Positions 54,469-64,000 of a DNA stretch of 64,000 nucleotides are shown here, one piece after another. The position numbers and the translations under genes are program-made. The stretch lies in NCBI GenBank assembly GCA_018052945.1, contig JAGPMH010000001.1:8220-72219 (forward strand). The letters are read 5' to 3'. The notes under the pieces were generated by a model. That model saw only the letters and a list, made by a program, of their open reading frames with translations. It made no database searches and was not told the origin of the DNA. Each line of letters begins with the position of its first letter. Position 1 is the first letter of the stretch. Origin of the DNA: Negativicutes bacterium (GTDB taxonomy: Bacteria; Bacillota; Negativicutes; JAGPMH01).

Positions 54469-55017
54469 ATGTCAAGAATTGGTAGAGCACCGATTGCGAT
54501 TCCTAATGGCGTAACAGTTAAATTAGAAAACAATGTGGTGACAGTAAAAGGCCCTAAAGGCGAATTAGTTCGTGAATTTAACCAAGATATGATTATCGAA
54601 GTTGAAGAAAACGTACTTACAGTTAAACGTCCTTCTGACAATAAAGATCATAGATCTTTGCACGGCTTAACTCGTACACTAATCTCCAACATGGTTATTG
54701 GTGTAACAGAAGGATTCACTAAAACACTAGAAATTAGTGGTGTTGGTTACAGAGCAGCTAAAGCTGGCAATAAAGTAAACCTTTCATTAGGTTTCTCACA
54801 TCCAGTAGAGGTTGAACCACCAACAGGTATTTCTTTAGAAGTTCCTGCTCCAAATAAAATTGTTGTATCAGGTATTAATAAAGAAGAAGTTGGCGCTATG
54901 GCAGCTAAAATCAGAGGCTATAGAGAACCAGAACCTTATAAAGGTAAAGGTATTAAATACGAAGGTGAAGTTATCCGTCGTAAAGTTGGTAAAGCAGGCG
55001 GTAAAGGTAAGAAGTAA
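54469..55017 (+). CDS. rplF: 50S ribosomal protein L6
   Basis: Homology. Confidence 0.95.
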   Translation: MSRIGRAPIAIPNGVTVKLENNVVTVKGPKGELVREFNQDMIIEVEENVLTVKRPSDNKDHRSLHGLTRTLISNMVIGVTEGFTKTLEISGVGYRAAKAGNKVNLSLGFSHPVEVEPPTGISLEVPAPNKIVVSGINKEEVGAMAAKIRGYREPEPYKGKGIKYEGEVIRRKVGKAGGKGKK

Positions 55018-55042
55018 CCTTTAAGCGAAAGGAGTGAACACC

Positions 55043-55411
55043 TTGCTTCGTAAAGCAGATAAAAATATTTCTCGTAAAAAACGTCACTTAAGAGTGCGTA
55101 AAAATATTTCAGGTACAGCTACAAAACCTCGTTTAAACGTGTTCCGTAGCTTAAATAACATGTATGTTCAAGTAATTGATGATGTAAATGGTGTAACTTT
55201 AGTTGCAGCAAGTACATTAGACAAAGAAGTTAAAGAAGCGGTAAAATATGGCGGTAATATCGAAGCTTCTAAAGCAGTTGGTGCAGTAATTGCAAAACGT
55301 GCAATAGAAAAAGGTATTAAGCAAGTTGTGTTTGATCGTGGCGGTTATCTCTATCATGGTAGAGTAGCAGCTTTAGCAGAAGCAGCGCGTGAAGCGGGGC
55401 TTGAATTCTAG
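55043..55411 (+). CDS. rplR: 50S ribosomal protein L18 (TTG start 8 nt after AAAGGAG)
   Basis: ...[10 protein letters not shown]...RLNVFRS... Confidence 0.9.
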   Translation: MLRKADKNISRKKRHLRVRKNISGTATKPRLNVFRSLNNMYVQVIDDVNGVTLVAASTLDKEVKEAVKYGGNIEASKAVGAVIAKRAIEKGIKQVVFDRGGYLYHGRVAALAEAAREAGLEF

Positions 55412-55435
55412 AGTTTTGAAAAAGGAGGTAAACTA

Positions 55436-55936
55436 ATGGCCAAAATTGATCACACTTCTCTTGAACTAAAAGAGAAAGTTGTATATATCAACAGGGTTGC
55501 CAAGGTTGTAAAAGGCGGACGTCGTTTTTCATTCAGTGCTTTAGTAGTAGTTGGTGATGAAAACGGTTATGTTGGTGCTGGTTTAGGTAAAGCTGGCGAA
55601 GTACCTGAAGCAATCAGAAAAGGCATCGAAGATGCAAAGAAAAATTTAATTAAAGTTTCTTTAGTTGGAACTACTATTCCTCATGAAATTATCGGTGTAT
55701 TTGGTGCAGGTCGTGTTTTATTAAAACCAGCATCACCTGGTACAGGAGTTATCGCTGGTGGCCCAGCTCGTGCGGTACTTGAATTAGCTGGTATTCATGA
55801 TATCTTAACAAAATCACTAGGTTCATCTAACCCTAATAATATGGTGAGAGCTACATTAAAAGGTTTAGAGCAACTTAAAAAAGCTGAAGTAGTAGCTGAA
55901 CTTCGTGGTAAAACAGTTCAGGAACTTTTGGGTTAA
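55436..55936 (+). CDS. rpsE: 30S ribosomal protein S5
   Basis: Homology. Confidence 0.95.
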   Translation: MAKIDHTSLELKEKVVYINRVAKVVKGGRRFSFSALVVVGDENGYVGAGLGKAGEVPEAIRKGIEDAKKNLIKVSLVGTTIPHEIIGVFGAGRVLLKPASPGTGVIAGGPARAVLELAGIHDILTKSLGSSNPNNMVRATLKGLEQLKKAEVVAELRGKTVQELLG

Positions 55937-55948
55937 GGAGGTATTTTA

Positions 55949-56134
55949 ATGGCAAAGTTAAAAATAACTCTTACCAGAAGCTTGATCGGTAGACAAGAAG
56001 ATCAAAGAGCTACGGTTAAGGCTTTAGGTTTAGGAAAAACAAATTCTTTTGTAGTGCAAGATGATAACGCTGTAATTCGCGGCATGGTTCGCAAAGTAGA
56101 GCATCTTGTAACAGTTGAAGAAGTACAAGACTAG
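55949..56134 (+). CDS. rpmD: 50S ribosomal protein L30
   Basis: Homology. Confidence 0.95.
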   Translation: MAKLKITLTRSLIGRQEDQRATVKALGLGKTNSFVVQDDNAVIRGMVRKVEHLVTVEEVQD

Positions 56135-56152
56135 TTCAAGGAGGTGCTACGT

Positions 56153-56593
56153 ATGAAATTACACGAATTAGCTCCAGCTCCTGGATCGAGAAAAACTCGT
56201 ACTCGTGTTGGTCGCGGAATTGGCTCCGGATTAGGTAAAACATCCGGTAGAGGACATAAAGGACAAAACTCCCGTTCAGGCGGTGGCGTTCGTACTGGAT
56301 TTGAAGGCGGTCAAATGCCTTTATATCGTAGATTACCAAAACGCGGTTTCTATAATAAATTCGGAAAAGAATATGCTGAAGTTAACGTTTCAACATTGAA
56401 TTGTTTCGAAGAAGGTACAGTAGTTGATCCGGTTGCTTTAATTGAAGCTGGTATTCTGAAAAACGTTCGAGATGGTGTTCGTATTTTAGGAAACGGCCAA
56501 TTAGATAAATCGTTAACTGTAATTGCAAATGGCTTTACGAAGTCTGCAGCAGATAAAATTACAGCGGCTGGTGGAAAAGTAGAGGTGATCTAG
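56153..56593 (+). CDS. rplO: 50S ribosomal protein L15
   Basis: [22 protein letters not shown]. Confidence 0.95.
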   Translation: MKLHELAPAPGSRKTRTRVGRGIGSGLGKTSGRGHKGQNSRSGGGVRTGFEGGQMPLYRRLPKRGFYNKFGKEYAEVNVSTLNCFEEGTVVDPVALIEAGILKNVRDGVRILGNGQLDKSLTVIANGFTKSAADKITAAGGKVEVI

Positions 56594-57850
56594 GTGCTTT
56601 CATCTCTAGTAAATATACTAAAGATTACCGAACTTAGACAAAAAGTACTTTTCACCTTAGCCATGTTTATGGTATTTAGACTAGGAACACATATTCCTGT
56701 TCCTGGCGTTAACGCAGAAGTTATTGAGCAACTGTTTAACAGTGGAAGTTTATTCGGTATGTTAGACTTGTTTGCCGGTGGAGCGTTAAGTAAATTTTCA
56801 ATATTTGCAATGAGTATTACGCCATACATCAATGCTTCTATTATTATGCAACTACTAACAGTGGTTGTGCCGACCTTTGAAAGTTGGAGTAAAGAAGGCG
56901 AAGAAGGTCGCAAAAAAATCAGTAAAATCACTCGTTATGGAACGGTAATACTTGGCTTTGTACAAGCAACCGGAATGGCGTATGGTTTGAAAGATGCAAT
57001 TATCAACCCTAGTATTGGTTCAATACTATTAATTGCATTAACGTTAACAGCGGGTACTACATTTTTGATGTGGTTAGGTGAACAGATTACGGAAAAAGGT
57101 ATTGGTAATGGTATTTCACTGATAATCTTTGCCGGGATCGTTTCAAGTTTACCAAAAGGTATTGGCGTAATTTATAAATACCTTCAAGCAGGTACGATTA
57201 GCTACTTTAATGTTGCATTATTTTTGATTATTGCAATTGCCATGATTGTATTAGTTATTGCTATACAACAAGGCCAACGGAGAATCCCAGTACAATATGC
57301 TAAACGAGTTGTTGGGCGTAAAATGTATGGTGGACACTCCACTCACATTCCGCTTAAAGTTAATCAAGCGGGTGTAATTCCAATAATCTTTGCGTCATCC
57401 GTGCTGATGTTTCCTGTTACCATTGCCCAATTTATTAATATTCCATGGGTAAAGACTTTGGCAGGATATTTTGCGTGGGGAACTCCTCTTCAAACAGCGT
57501 TATATGCATTGATGATTGTTTTCTTCACATATTTTTATACTGCGGTAACATTAAACATATCGGATATGGCAGAGAATCTGAAAAAATACGGTGGTTTTAT
57601 CCCAGGACTTCGTCCGGGCAAGCCAACGGCAGATTATTTAGACCGCGTTATGACCAGAATTACTCTTGCTGGAGCAGTATTCCTTGCTTTTATAGCTATA
57701 CTACCTAATTTTGTTGCAGCAATTACTCATATTGAAGGTGTATACTTTGGTGGAACAGCCTTACTTATTATTGTTGGGGTGGCTCTTGATACTATGAAGC
57801 AAATTGAAGCGATGGTTTTAATGCGCCACTACCAAGGGTTTATGAAGTAA
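56594..57850 (+). CDS. secY: Preprotein translocase subunit SecY (GTG start)
   Basis: Ten TM helices and SecY signature region. Confidence 0.95.
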   Translation: MLSSLVNILKITELRQKVLFTLAMFMVFRLGTHIPVPGVNAEVIEQLFNSGSLFGMLDLFAGGALSKFSIFAMSITPYINASIIMQLLTVVVPTFESWSKEGEEGRKKISKITRYGTVILGFVQATGMAYGLKDAIINPSIGSILLIALTLTAGTTFLMWLGEQITEKGIGNGISLIIFAGIVSSLPKGIGVIYKYLQAGTISYFNVALFLIIAIAMIVLVIAIQQGQRRIPVQYAKRVVGRKMYGGHSTHIPLKVNQAGVIPIIFASSVLMFPVTIAQFINIPWVKTLAGYFAWGTPLQTALYALMIVFFTYFYTAVTLNISDMAENLKKYGGFIPGLRPGKPTADYLDRVMTRITLAGAVFLAFIAILPNFVAAITHIEGVYFGGTALLIIVGVALDTMKQIEAMVLMRHYQGFMK

Positions 57851-57864
57851 GGGGGAAAACATAA

Positions 57865-58512
<648 letters not shown>

Positions 58513-58513
58513 G

Positions 58514-59260
58514 ATGATAATCCTTAAATCAGATAGAGAACTTGCTTACATGCGTGATGCTGGTAAGATAGTGGCAGAAACGTTGGTTGAATTAAAAGAT
58601 GCTGTTAAGCCAGGAGTAAGTACACTCGAATTAGATAAAATTGCCGAGAAATATATAACAAGCTGTGGTGCAAAGCCGGCTTTTAAAGGATACCATGGAT
58701 TTCCCAGTACAATTTGTGCTTCGGTAAATGAAGAAGTTGTACATGGGATTCCAGGATCCCGCAAATTGAAAAATAAAGATATCATCAGTGTTGATGTCGG
58801 GGCACTAATTAATGGTTATAATGGCGATTCAGCAAAAACTTTTGCCGTTGGTGAAGTAGAAGCTGATATCCAAAAGCTGTTAGAAGTTACTGAACAATCT
58901 TTATTGGCCGGTATTGAACAAGCTATGGTCGGTAATCGTCTAGGCGATGTATCACATGCTATTGGATCATGTGCAGAAAGTCATGGTTATGGCGTAGTAC
59001 GTGACTATGTTGGGCATGGTATTGGCAGGAATATGCACGAAGATCCTCAAATTCCTAATTACGGTATTCCTGGCCGCGGCCCACGATTAAAATCTGGTAT
59101 GACATTAGCGATAGAGCCGATGATCAATTTAGGTACACACGAAGTAAAGACCTTAAGTGATGGTTGGACGGTTGTAACTAAAGATAATAAACCTTCTGCA
59201 CATTTTGAACATACAATTGCAATTACAGACGACAAAACAGAAATTTTGACCAAATTGTAG
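58514..59260 (+). CDS. map: Methionine aminopeptidase type I
   Basis: Pita-bread fold metal ligands (D, D, H, E, E). Confidence 0.95.
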   Translation: MIILKSDRELAYMRDAGKIVAETLVELKDAVKPGVSTLELDKIAEKYITSCGAKPAFKGYHGFPSTICASVNEEVVHGIPGSRKLKNKDIISVDVGALINGYNGDSAKTFAVGEVEADIQKLLEVTEQSLLAGIEQAMVGNRLGDVSHAIGSCAESHGYGVVRDYVGHGIGRNMHEDPQIPNYGIPGRGPRLKSGMTLAIEPMINLGTHEVKTLSDGWTVVTKDNKPSAHFEHTIAITDDKTEILTKL

Positions 59261-59527
59261 AAGTATATTTATGGCGAGGCTAGCCCAACAAATAACTTAG
59301 GTTAAATAGTAATTGGATAACAATTGAGCTATTTATTTGATTGTTGGTGTCATCAATAGTTAAGTCCTTGCAGTAGCAAGGAAAACTATCAAAAAATAAT
59401 TTTAAAACATTCGGCATGTCAAAGTTTACAAGTGGATTGCTGAAGCTTTGATTAATAATCTTAATCAAGCTATCGCAAAATTGTACACCGGATAATTTGT
59501 GACAAGCGGACGAGGAGGAAGTATCTC

Positions 59528-59746
59528 ATGTCCAAACAAGATGTAATTGAGGTTGAAGGTAAGGTTCTTGAAGCATTACCTAATGCAATGTTTCAAGTTG
59601 AATTAGAAAACGGCCATGTAGTTTTGGCTCATGTATCAGGAAAAATCAGAATGAATTTCATTAGGATTTTACCGGGTGATAAAGTTACAATAGAACTTAC
59701 ACCATATGATTTAAGCCGTGGTCGAATTACTTACCGTTTCAAATAA
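59528..59746 (+). CDS. infA: Translation initiation factor IF-1
   Basis: S1-like OB fold. 72 aa. Confidence 0.95.
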   Translation: MSKQDVIEVEGKVLEALPNAMFQVELENGHVVLAHVSGKIRMNFIRILPGDKVTIELTPYDLSRGRITYRFK

Positions 59747-59805
59747 TATTTTTTAGTTGAGTTAATTGCGGAAATTGATATTAACTAGAAAAAAAGGTAT
59801 CCTAG

Positions 59806-59937
<132 letters not shown>

Positions 59938-59951
59938 GAGGTGCACAATAT

Positions 59952-60323
59952 ATGGCACGTATTGCCGGAGTAGATTTACCTCGTGATAAAAGAATCGAGA
60001 TTTCATTAACATATATTTTCGGTATAGGCCCTACTCGTTCCAAAGAAATTTTAGCAATTACTGGTATCAGTGCTGATACTCGTACTCGCGATTTAACTGA
60101 AGAAGAAGTGGCTAAAATCCGTGAAGCGATTGATAAAAATTATCGTGTTGAAGGTGACTTACGTCGTGAAGAAGCTTTAAACATTAAACGTTTAATTGAA
60201 ATCAACTGCTACCGTGGTAAAAGACATCGTATGGGCTTACCTGTAAGAGGTCAAAAAACTAAAACTAATGCACGCACACGTAAAGGTCCGAAAAGAACTG
60301 TTGGTGCTAAAAAGAAAAAATAA
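59952..60323 (+). CDS. rpsM: 30S ribosomal protein S13
   Basis: Homology. Confidence 0.95.
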   Translation: MARIAGVDLPRDKRIEISLTYIFGIGPTRSKEILAITGISADTRTRDLTEEEVAKIREAIDKNYRVEGDLRREEALNIKRLIEINCYRGKRHRMGLPVRGQKTKTNARTRKGPKRTVGAKKKK

Positions 60324-60340
60324 AGAAGGAGGGATAAGCT

Positions 60341-60733
60341 TTGGTAGCTAAAAAAGTTGTTAGAACTAAAAGAAAAGAGCGCAAAAATATTGAGCATGGT
60401 ATGGTTCATATTCGCTCAACTTTTAATAACACAATTGTAACAATTACTGATACTAAAGGTAATGCAATATCTTGGGCTAGTGCTGGTGGCCTTGGTTTCA
60501 GAGGTTCTCGTAAAAGCACACCATTTGCAGCGCAAATGGCAGCTGAAACAGCTTCAAAAGCGGCTATGGAACATGGCCTTAAACAAGTAGAAGTATTTGT
60601 AAAAGGTCCTGGTGCTGGTCGTGAAGCAGCAATTAGAGCATTACAAGCGGCTGGTTTGGAAGTTAACTTAATTAAAGATGTAACTCCAATCCCTCATAAT
60701 GGATGCCGTCCACCAAAACGTAGAAGAGTATAA
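60341..60733 (+). CDS. rpsK: 30S ribosomal protein S11 (TTG start)
   Basis: Homology. Confidence 0.95.
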   Translation: MVAKKVVRTKRKERKNIEHGMVHIRSTFNNTIVTITDTKGNAISWASAGGLGFRGSRKSTPFAAQMAAETASKAAMEHGLKQVEVFVKGPGAGREAAIRALQAAGLEVNLIKDVTPIPHNGCRPPKRRRV

Positions 60734-60758
60734 TAAATCCAGGAGGTGTTAAATAAGA

Positions 60759-61385
60759 ATGGCAAGATATACAGGTCCTGTTTGTAGACTTTGCCGCCGT
60801 GAAGGTGCAAAATTGTACCTTAAAGGTGATAGATGTTATAGTGATAGCTGTTCGTTCACAAAACGTAGCTATGCACCTGGCCAACATGGTCAAGCACGTA
60901 AGAAAGTATCTGAATACGGTCTTCAATTACGTGAAAAACAAAGAGCACGTCGTGTATACGGTGTGTTAGAAGGTCAATTCCGTACATACTTTGATAAAGC
61001 TGATCGCCAAAAAGGTATTACTGGTGAAAACCTTTTAGTATTATTAGAAAGAAGATTAGATAATGTGGTATATCGTTTAGGTTTTGCTGCAAGTCGCACG
61101 CAAGCTAGACAACTTGTTCGTCATAGACATTTCACTGTAAATGGCAAACGCGTTGATATTCCATCTTATCAAATCAAACCTGGTGATGTTATTCAAGTTA
61201 AAGAAACTAGTAAACAATCACCATTAATTAAAGAAATTGCTGAAGCAGTTACAACAAAAACAACTCCAGCATGGTTAGAAGTTCAAGCTGAAGAAATGAT
61301 CGGTAAAATCGTACGTTATCCAAACAGAGATGAAATCGATACACCAATCCAAGAACATTTAATCGTAGAGTTGTACTCAAGATAA
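60759..61385 (+). CDS. rpsD: 30S ribosomal protein S4
   Basis: Homology. Confidence 0.95.
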   Translation: MARYTGPVCRLCRREGAKLYLKGDRCYSDSCSFTKRSYAPGQHGQARKKVSEYGLQLREKQRARRVYGVLEGQFRTYFDKADRQKGITGENLLVLLERRLDNVVYRLGFAASRTQARQLVRHRHFTVNGKRVDIPSYQIKPGDVIQVKETSKQSPLIKEIAEAVTTKTTPAWLEVQAEEMIGKIVRYPNRDEIDTPIQEHLIVELYSR

Positions 61386-61447
61386 TAGGCCCTCAAGCCA
61401 TGGGGATGGCGTAACTTAGTAGTGCGCAAATGAGGAGGGTTATTCAG

Positions 61448-62407
61448 ATGATCGAAATCGAAAAACCGAAAATCGAGATTGTTGAAATTAATGAAGATAA
61501 TCGTTATGGTAAATTTGTATGCGAGCCATTAGAGCGTGGCTATGGCACAACGCTTGGTAATAGTTTACGTAGAATTCTATTATCATCGTTGCAAGGTGCG
61601 GCAGTGACTTGCATTAAAATTGATGGCGTATTACATGAGTTTTCAACAATCCCTGGTGTAAGGGAAGATGTTACTAACATCATTTTAAATTTAAAATCAC
61701 TATGCTTAAAAATGCATTGTGAAGAGCCAAGAGTATTAAGGATCGATGTAACTGGTGAAAAAACTGTTACAGCAGCAGATATTATAACTGATGCGGATGT
61801 AGAAATCCTAAATCCTGATTTACACATAGCGACAGTTGATGCTAGCGGTTCTTTTCAAATGGAATTAACAGTAGAGCGTGGTCGTGGTTATGTTCCGGCT
61901 GACAAAAACAAAAAGCCGGAATATCCAATTGGTGTGATACCAATTGATTCTATTTTCTCACCAATTCAAAGAGTTAATTACATTGTAACTGATACCCGTG
62001 TTGGTAATGTTACTGACTATGATAAATTAACTTTAGAGTTATGGACTGATGGTAGCATGAGACCGGAAGAAGCAATCAGTAAAGCAGCAAGCGTTATGAT
62101 TGCTCATCTAAAATTATTCCAAAACATGGCTGGCATTGTTTCAGAAGATGAAGAATTAGAAGACACGTTCATGGAGCCGGCAGAAGATTTAACTTCCAAT
62201 ACTTTAGATATGACTATCGAAGACTTGGATTTGTCTGTTCGTTCTTATAACTGTTTGAAAAGAGCAAATATCAACACTGTTGCTGACTTAGCTCGTAAAA
62301 GCGAAGAAGATATGATGAAAGTGCGTAACTTAGGTCGTAAGTCTCTTGAAGAAGTTAAAAAGAAACTTATTGAATTGGGTTTAGCACTTACCGAAATTGA
62401 AGAATAG
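61448..62407 (+). CDS. rpoA: DNA-directed RNA polymerase subunit alpha
   Basis: [41 protein letters not shown] after GAGGAGGG. Confidence 0.95.
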   Translation: MIEIEKPKIEIVEINEDNRYGKFVCEPLERGYGTTLGNSLRRILLSSLQGAAVTCIKIDGVLHEFSTIPGVREDVTNIILNLKSLCLKMHCEEPRVLRIDVTGEKTVTAADIITDADVEILNPDLHIATVDASGSFQMELTVERGRGYVPADKNKKPEYPIGVIPIDSIFSPIQRVNYIVTDTRVGNVTDYDKLTLELWTDGSMRPEEAISKAASVMIAHLKLFQNMAGIVSEDEELEDTFMEPAEDLTSNTLDMTIEDLDLSVRSYNCLKRANINTVADLARKSEEDMMKVRNLGRKSLEEVKKKLIELGLALTEIEE

Positions 62408-62421
62408 AAGGAGGAAAGATT

Positions 62422-62760
62422 ATGGCCTACAGAAAGCTAGGACGTGATTCCAGTGCTCGTAAAGCACTTTTCCGCAGTATTTTGACTTCCTTCTTTAAGT
62501 ATGAGCGTATTGAAACTACTGAAGCTAAAGCTAAAGAAATTAGTGGTCTTGCTGATCAATTAATTACATTAGCTAAGCGTGGCGACTTACATGCTCGCCG
62601 TCAAGTTTTAGCACGTCTTATGGACGAAGAAGTTGTAAAAAAACTATTTGATACTGTTGCACCTAAATATGCTGAGCGTCAAGGTGGATACACTCGTGTA
62701 TTGAAACTTGGACCTCGCCGTGGTGATGCAGCACCGATGGCAATAATTGAATTGGTGTAA
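62422..62760 (+). CDS. rplQ: 50S ribosomal protein L17
   Basis: Homology. Confidence 0.95.
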   Translation: MAYRKLGRDSSARKALFRSILTSFFKYERIETTEAKAKEISGLADQLITLAKRGDLHARRQVLARLMDEEVVKKLFDTVAPKYAERQGGYTRVLKLGPRRGDAAPMAIIELV

Positions 62761-62772
62761 ACAATAACTAAG

Positions 62773-62797
62773 AGGCGGCCGATAGGTCGCCTTTATT
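62773..62797 (+). terminator. Hairpin terminator after rplQ
   Basis: AGGCGGCC-gata-GGTCGCCT followed by TTATT. Confidence 0.55.
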
Positions 62798-62886
62798 GGC
62801 AAAATAAATAAAGTTTATTTTGTCAATAAAGGTGAACTGTTACTTTAGATTATTATGGTTTAATTTAAATATTAATAGGAGAAGGT

Positions 62887-63720
62887 ATGAGTGCATTAAT
62901 AAAAATAGAATCTTTGAGTCATATTTATCATATCAATACACCGGATGAATTTATTGCTTTAGAAGATATTAATTTAACAATAAATCAAGGTGAATTTATT
63001 GCAATAATTGGCACTAATGGTTCTGGAAAATCAACGCTAGCAAAGCATTTGAATGCTTTATTAAAACCTACTAGTGGAAGATGTATCGTTGATAATATTG
63101 ATACACAAAATGATGTTGATTTATGGAAAATTAGACAAAAGATCGGAATGGTCTTTCAAAATCCAGATAACCAAATTGTAGCAACTATTGTCGAAGAAGA
63201 TATTGCTTTTGGCCCGGAGAATATTGGTATTGATAGTACAGAAATAAAAGCTAGGGTAAAAAAAGCATTAAATGCTGTTGGGTTAAATAAATATAGAAAA
63301 CATGCACCACATTTACTGTCAGGTGGACAAAAACAGCGGTTAGCGATGGCTGGTGTATTAGCGATGAATTCAAAGTGTTTAGTGCTAGATGAACCTACGG
63401 CAATGCTTGATCCGGTTGGTAGACAAGAGGTTTTAAGTACTGTTAAAAAGCTTAATAGTGAAGATAATATTACAATAGTATATATAACACATTTTATGGA
63501 AGAAGCTATAATGGCTGATAAAGTAATTGTAATGGAAAATGGCAGAATACGTTTACAAGGAACACCGAAAGAAGTTTTTAGCCAAGTATTGAAAATTAAA
63601 AAATTAGGGTTAGATGTACCGATTGCAGCAGAGGTCTCTTATCGTCTACAAGAAGATAATATTATAAGAGCAAATAATATTATTTACGATGAAGAATTAG
63701 TGGAGGCACTATGTCGATAA
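62887..63720 (+). CDS. ecfA: Energy-coupling-factor (ECF) transporter ATPase subunit EcfA1
   Basis: Walker [13 protein letters not shown] signature LSGGQKQR, Walker B LVLDEPT. Position after rplQ as in Bacillus. Confidence 0.85.
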   Translation: MSALIKIESLSHIYHINTPDEFIALEDINLTINQGEFIAIIGTNGSGKSTLAKHLNALLKPTSGRCIVDNIDTQNDVDLWKIRQKIGMVFQNPDNQIVATIVEEDIAFGPENIGIDSTEIKARVKKALNAVGLNKYRKHAPHLLSGGQKQRLAMAGVLAMNSKCLVLDEPTAMLDPVGRQEVLSTVKKLNSEDNITIVYITHFMEEAIMADKVIVMENGRIRLQGTPKEVFSQVLKIKKLGLDVPIAAEVSYRLQEDNIIRANNIIYDEELVEALCR

Positions 63721-64000
63721 AACTAAGTGATGTTAATTATACCTATATGAAAGATACCCCCTTTGAAAAAACAGGGATAAAAAATATAAATTTAGAAATT
63801 TCTGAAGGTGAATTTGTTGCGATAATAGGTCATACTGGATCAGGTAAATCGACCCTTGTACAACATTTAAAAGGGTTACTAACACCTGATAGTGGAACTG
63901 TCATTATCGATGATGTTAATATTAATCAAAATACAGTTTCGGCTAAAGCTGCAAAAAATAAAGTAGGGATTGTTTTTCAATATCCTGAGCAACAATTATT
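63711..64000 (+). CDS. ecfA: ECF transporter ATPase subunit EcfA2, 3' partial (runs off the window)
   Basis: [13 protein letters not shown]...[10 protein letters not shown] Walker A. Overlaps the ecfA1 stop. Confidence 0.8.
   Translation, partial: MSIKLSDVNYTYMKDTPFEKTGIKNINLEISEGEFVAIIGHTGSGKSTLVQHLKGLLTPDSGTVIIDDVNINQNTVSAKAAKNKVGIVFQYPEQQL

Noticed and set aside
59280-59468. 62-aa minus-strand ORF in the map-infA spacer (also 59785-60012 antisense over rpmJ/rpsM)
   Set aside because: AT-rich low-complexity translation and no RBS. The second overlaps the hand-translated L36 gene on the opposite strand. In Bacillus the equivalent small gene (ybzG) is on the plus strand and no such plus-strand ORF exists here.

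Overview
This 64 kb window is from a low-GC, anaerobic, probably spore-forming Firmicute (sigH, ctsR-mcsA-mcsB-clpC, thyX, PPi-PFK, flavodiiron protein and [FeFe] hydrogenase are all present). From about 11.2 kb to the end it is core chromosome with Bacillus-like synteny: ctsR-mcsA-mcsB-clpC-radA-(CarD/CdnL)-yacL-ispD-ispF-gltX-[Cys T-box]-cysE-cysS-mrnC-thyX-rlmB-yacP-sigH-pfp-uppP-[6 tRNAs]-rpmG-tRNATrp-secE-nusG-rplKAJL-rpoBC-L7Ae-rpsL-rpsG-fusA-tuf-S10/spc/alpha operons-rplQ-ecfA1-ecfA2. The first ~9 kb is accessory-like. It holds a 5'-partial CorC/HlyC-type gene and a three-gene operon for a Tat-exported, membrane- or quinone-linked [FeFe] hydrogenase (catalytic subunit with its own RR signal and lipobox-like Cys, then a HybA/FdnH-like 4x[4Fe-4S] subunit, then an NrfD/PsrC-like membrane subunit). 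It also holds a convergent EAL-CBS-GGDEF protein with a degenerate GGDDF motif, a beta-carbonic anhydrase, a SpeH-type AdoMet decarboxylase with a Lys-rich tail, a FabK/NMO-like flavoenzyme and a flavodiiron protein. No CRISPR array, transposase, integrase or rRNA was found. The hydrogenase-HybA-NrfD module is the most interesting system, followed by the unusual c-di-GMP protein and several regulatory-RNA or operator candidates. Start codons were refined against RBS positions and homolog N-termini. Coordinates of RNA and regulatory features were counted by hand and may be off by 1-2 nt.
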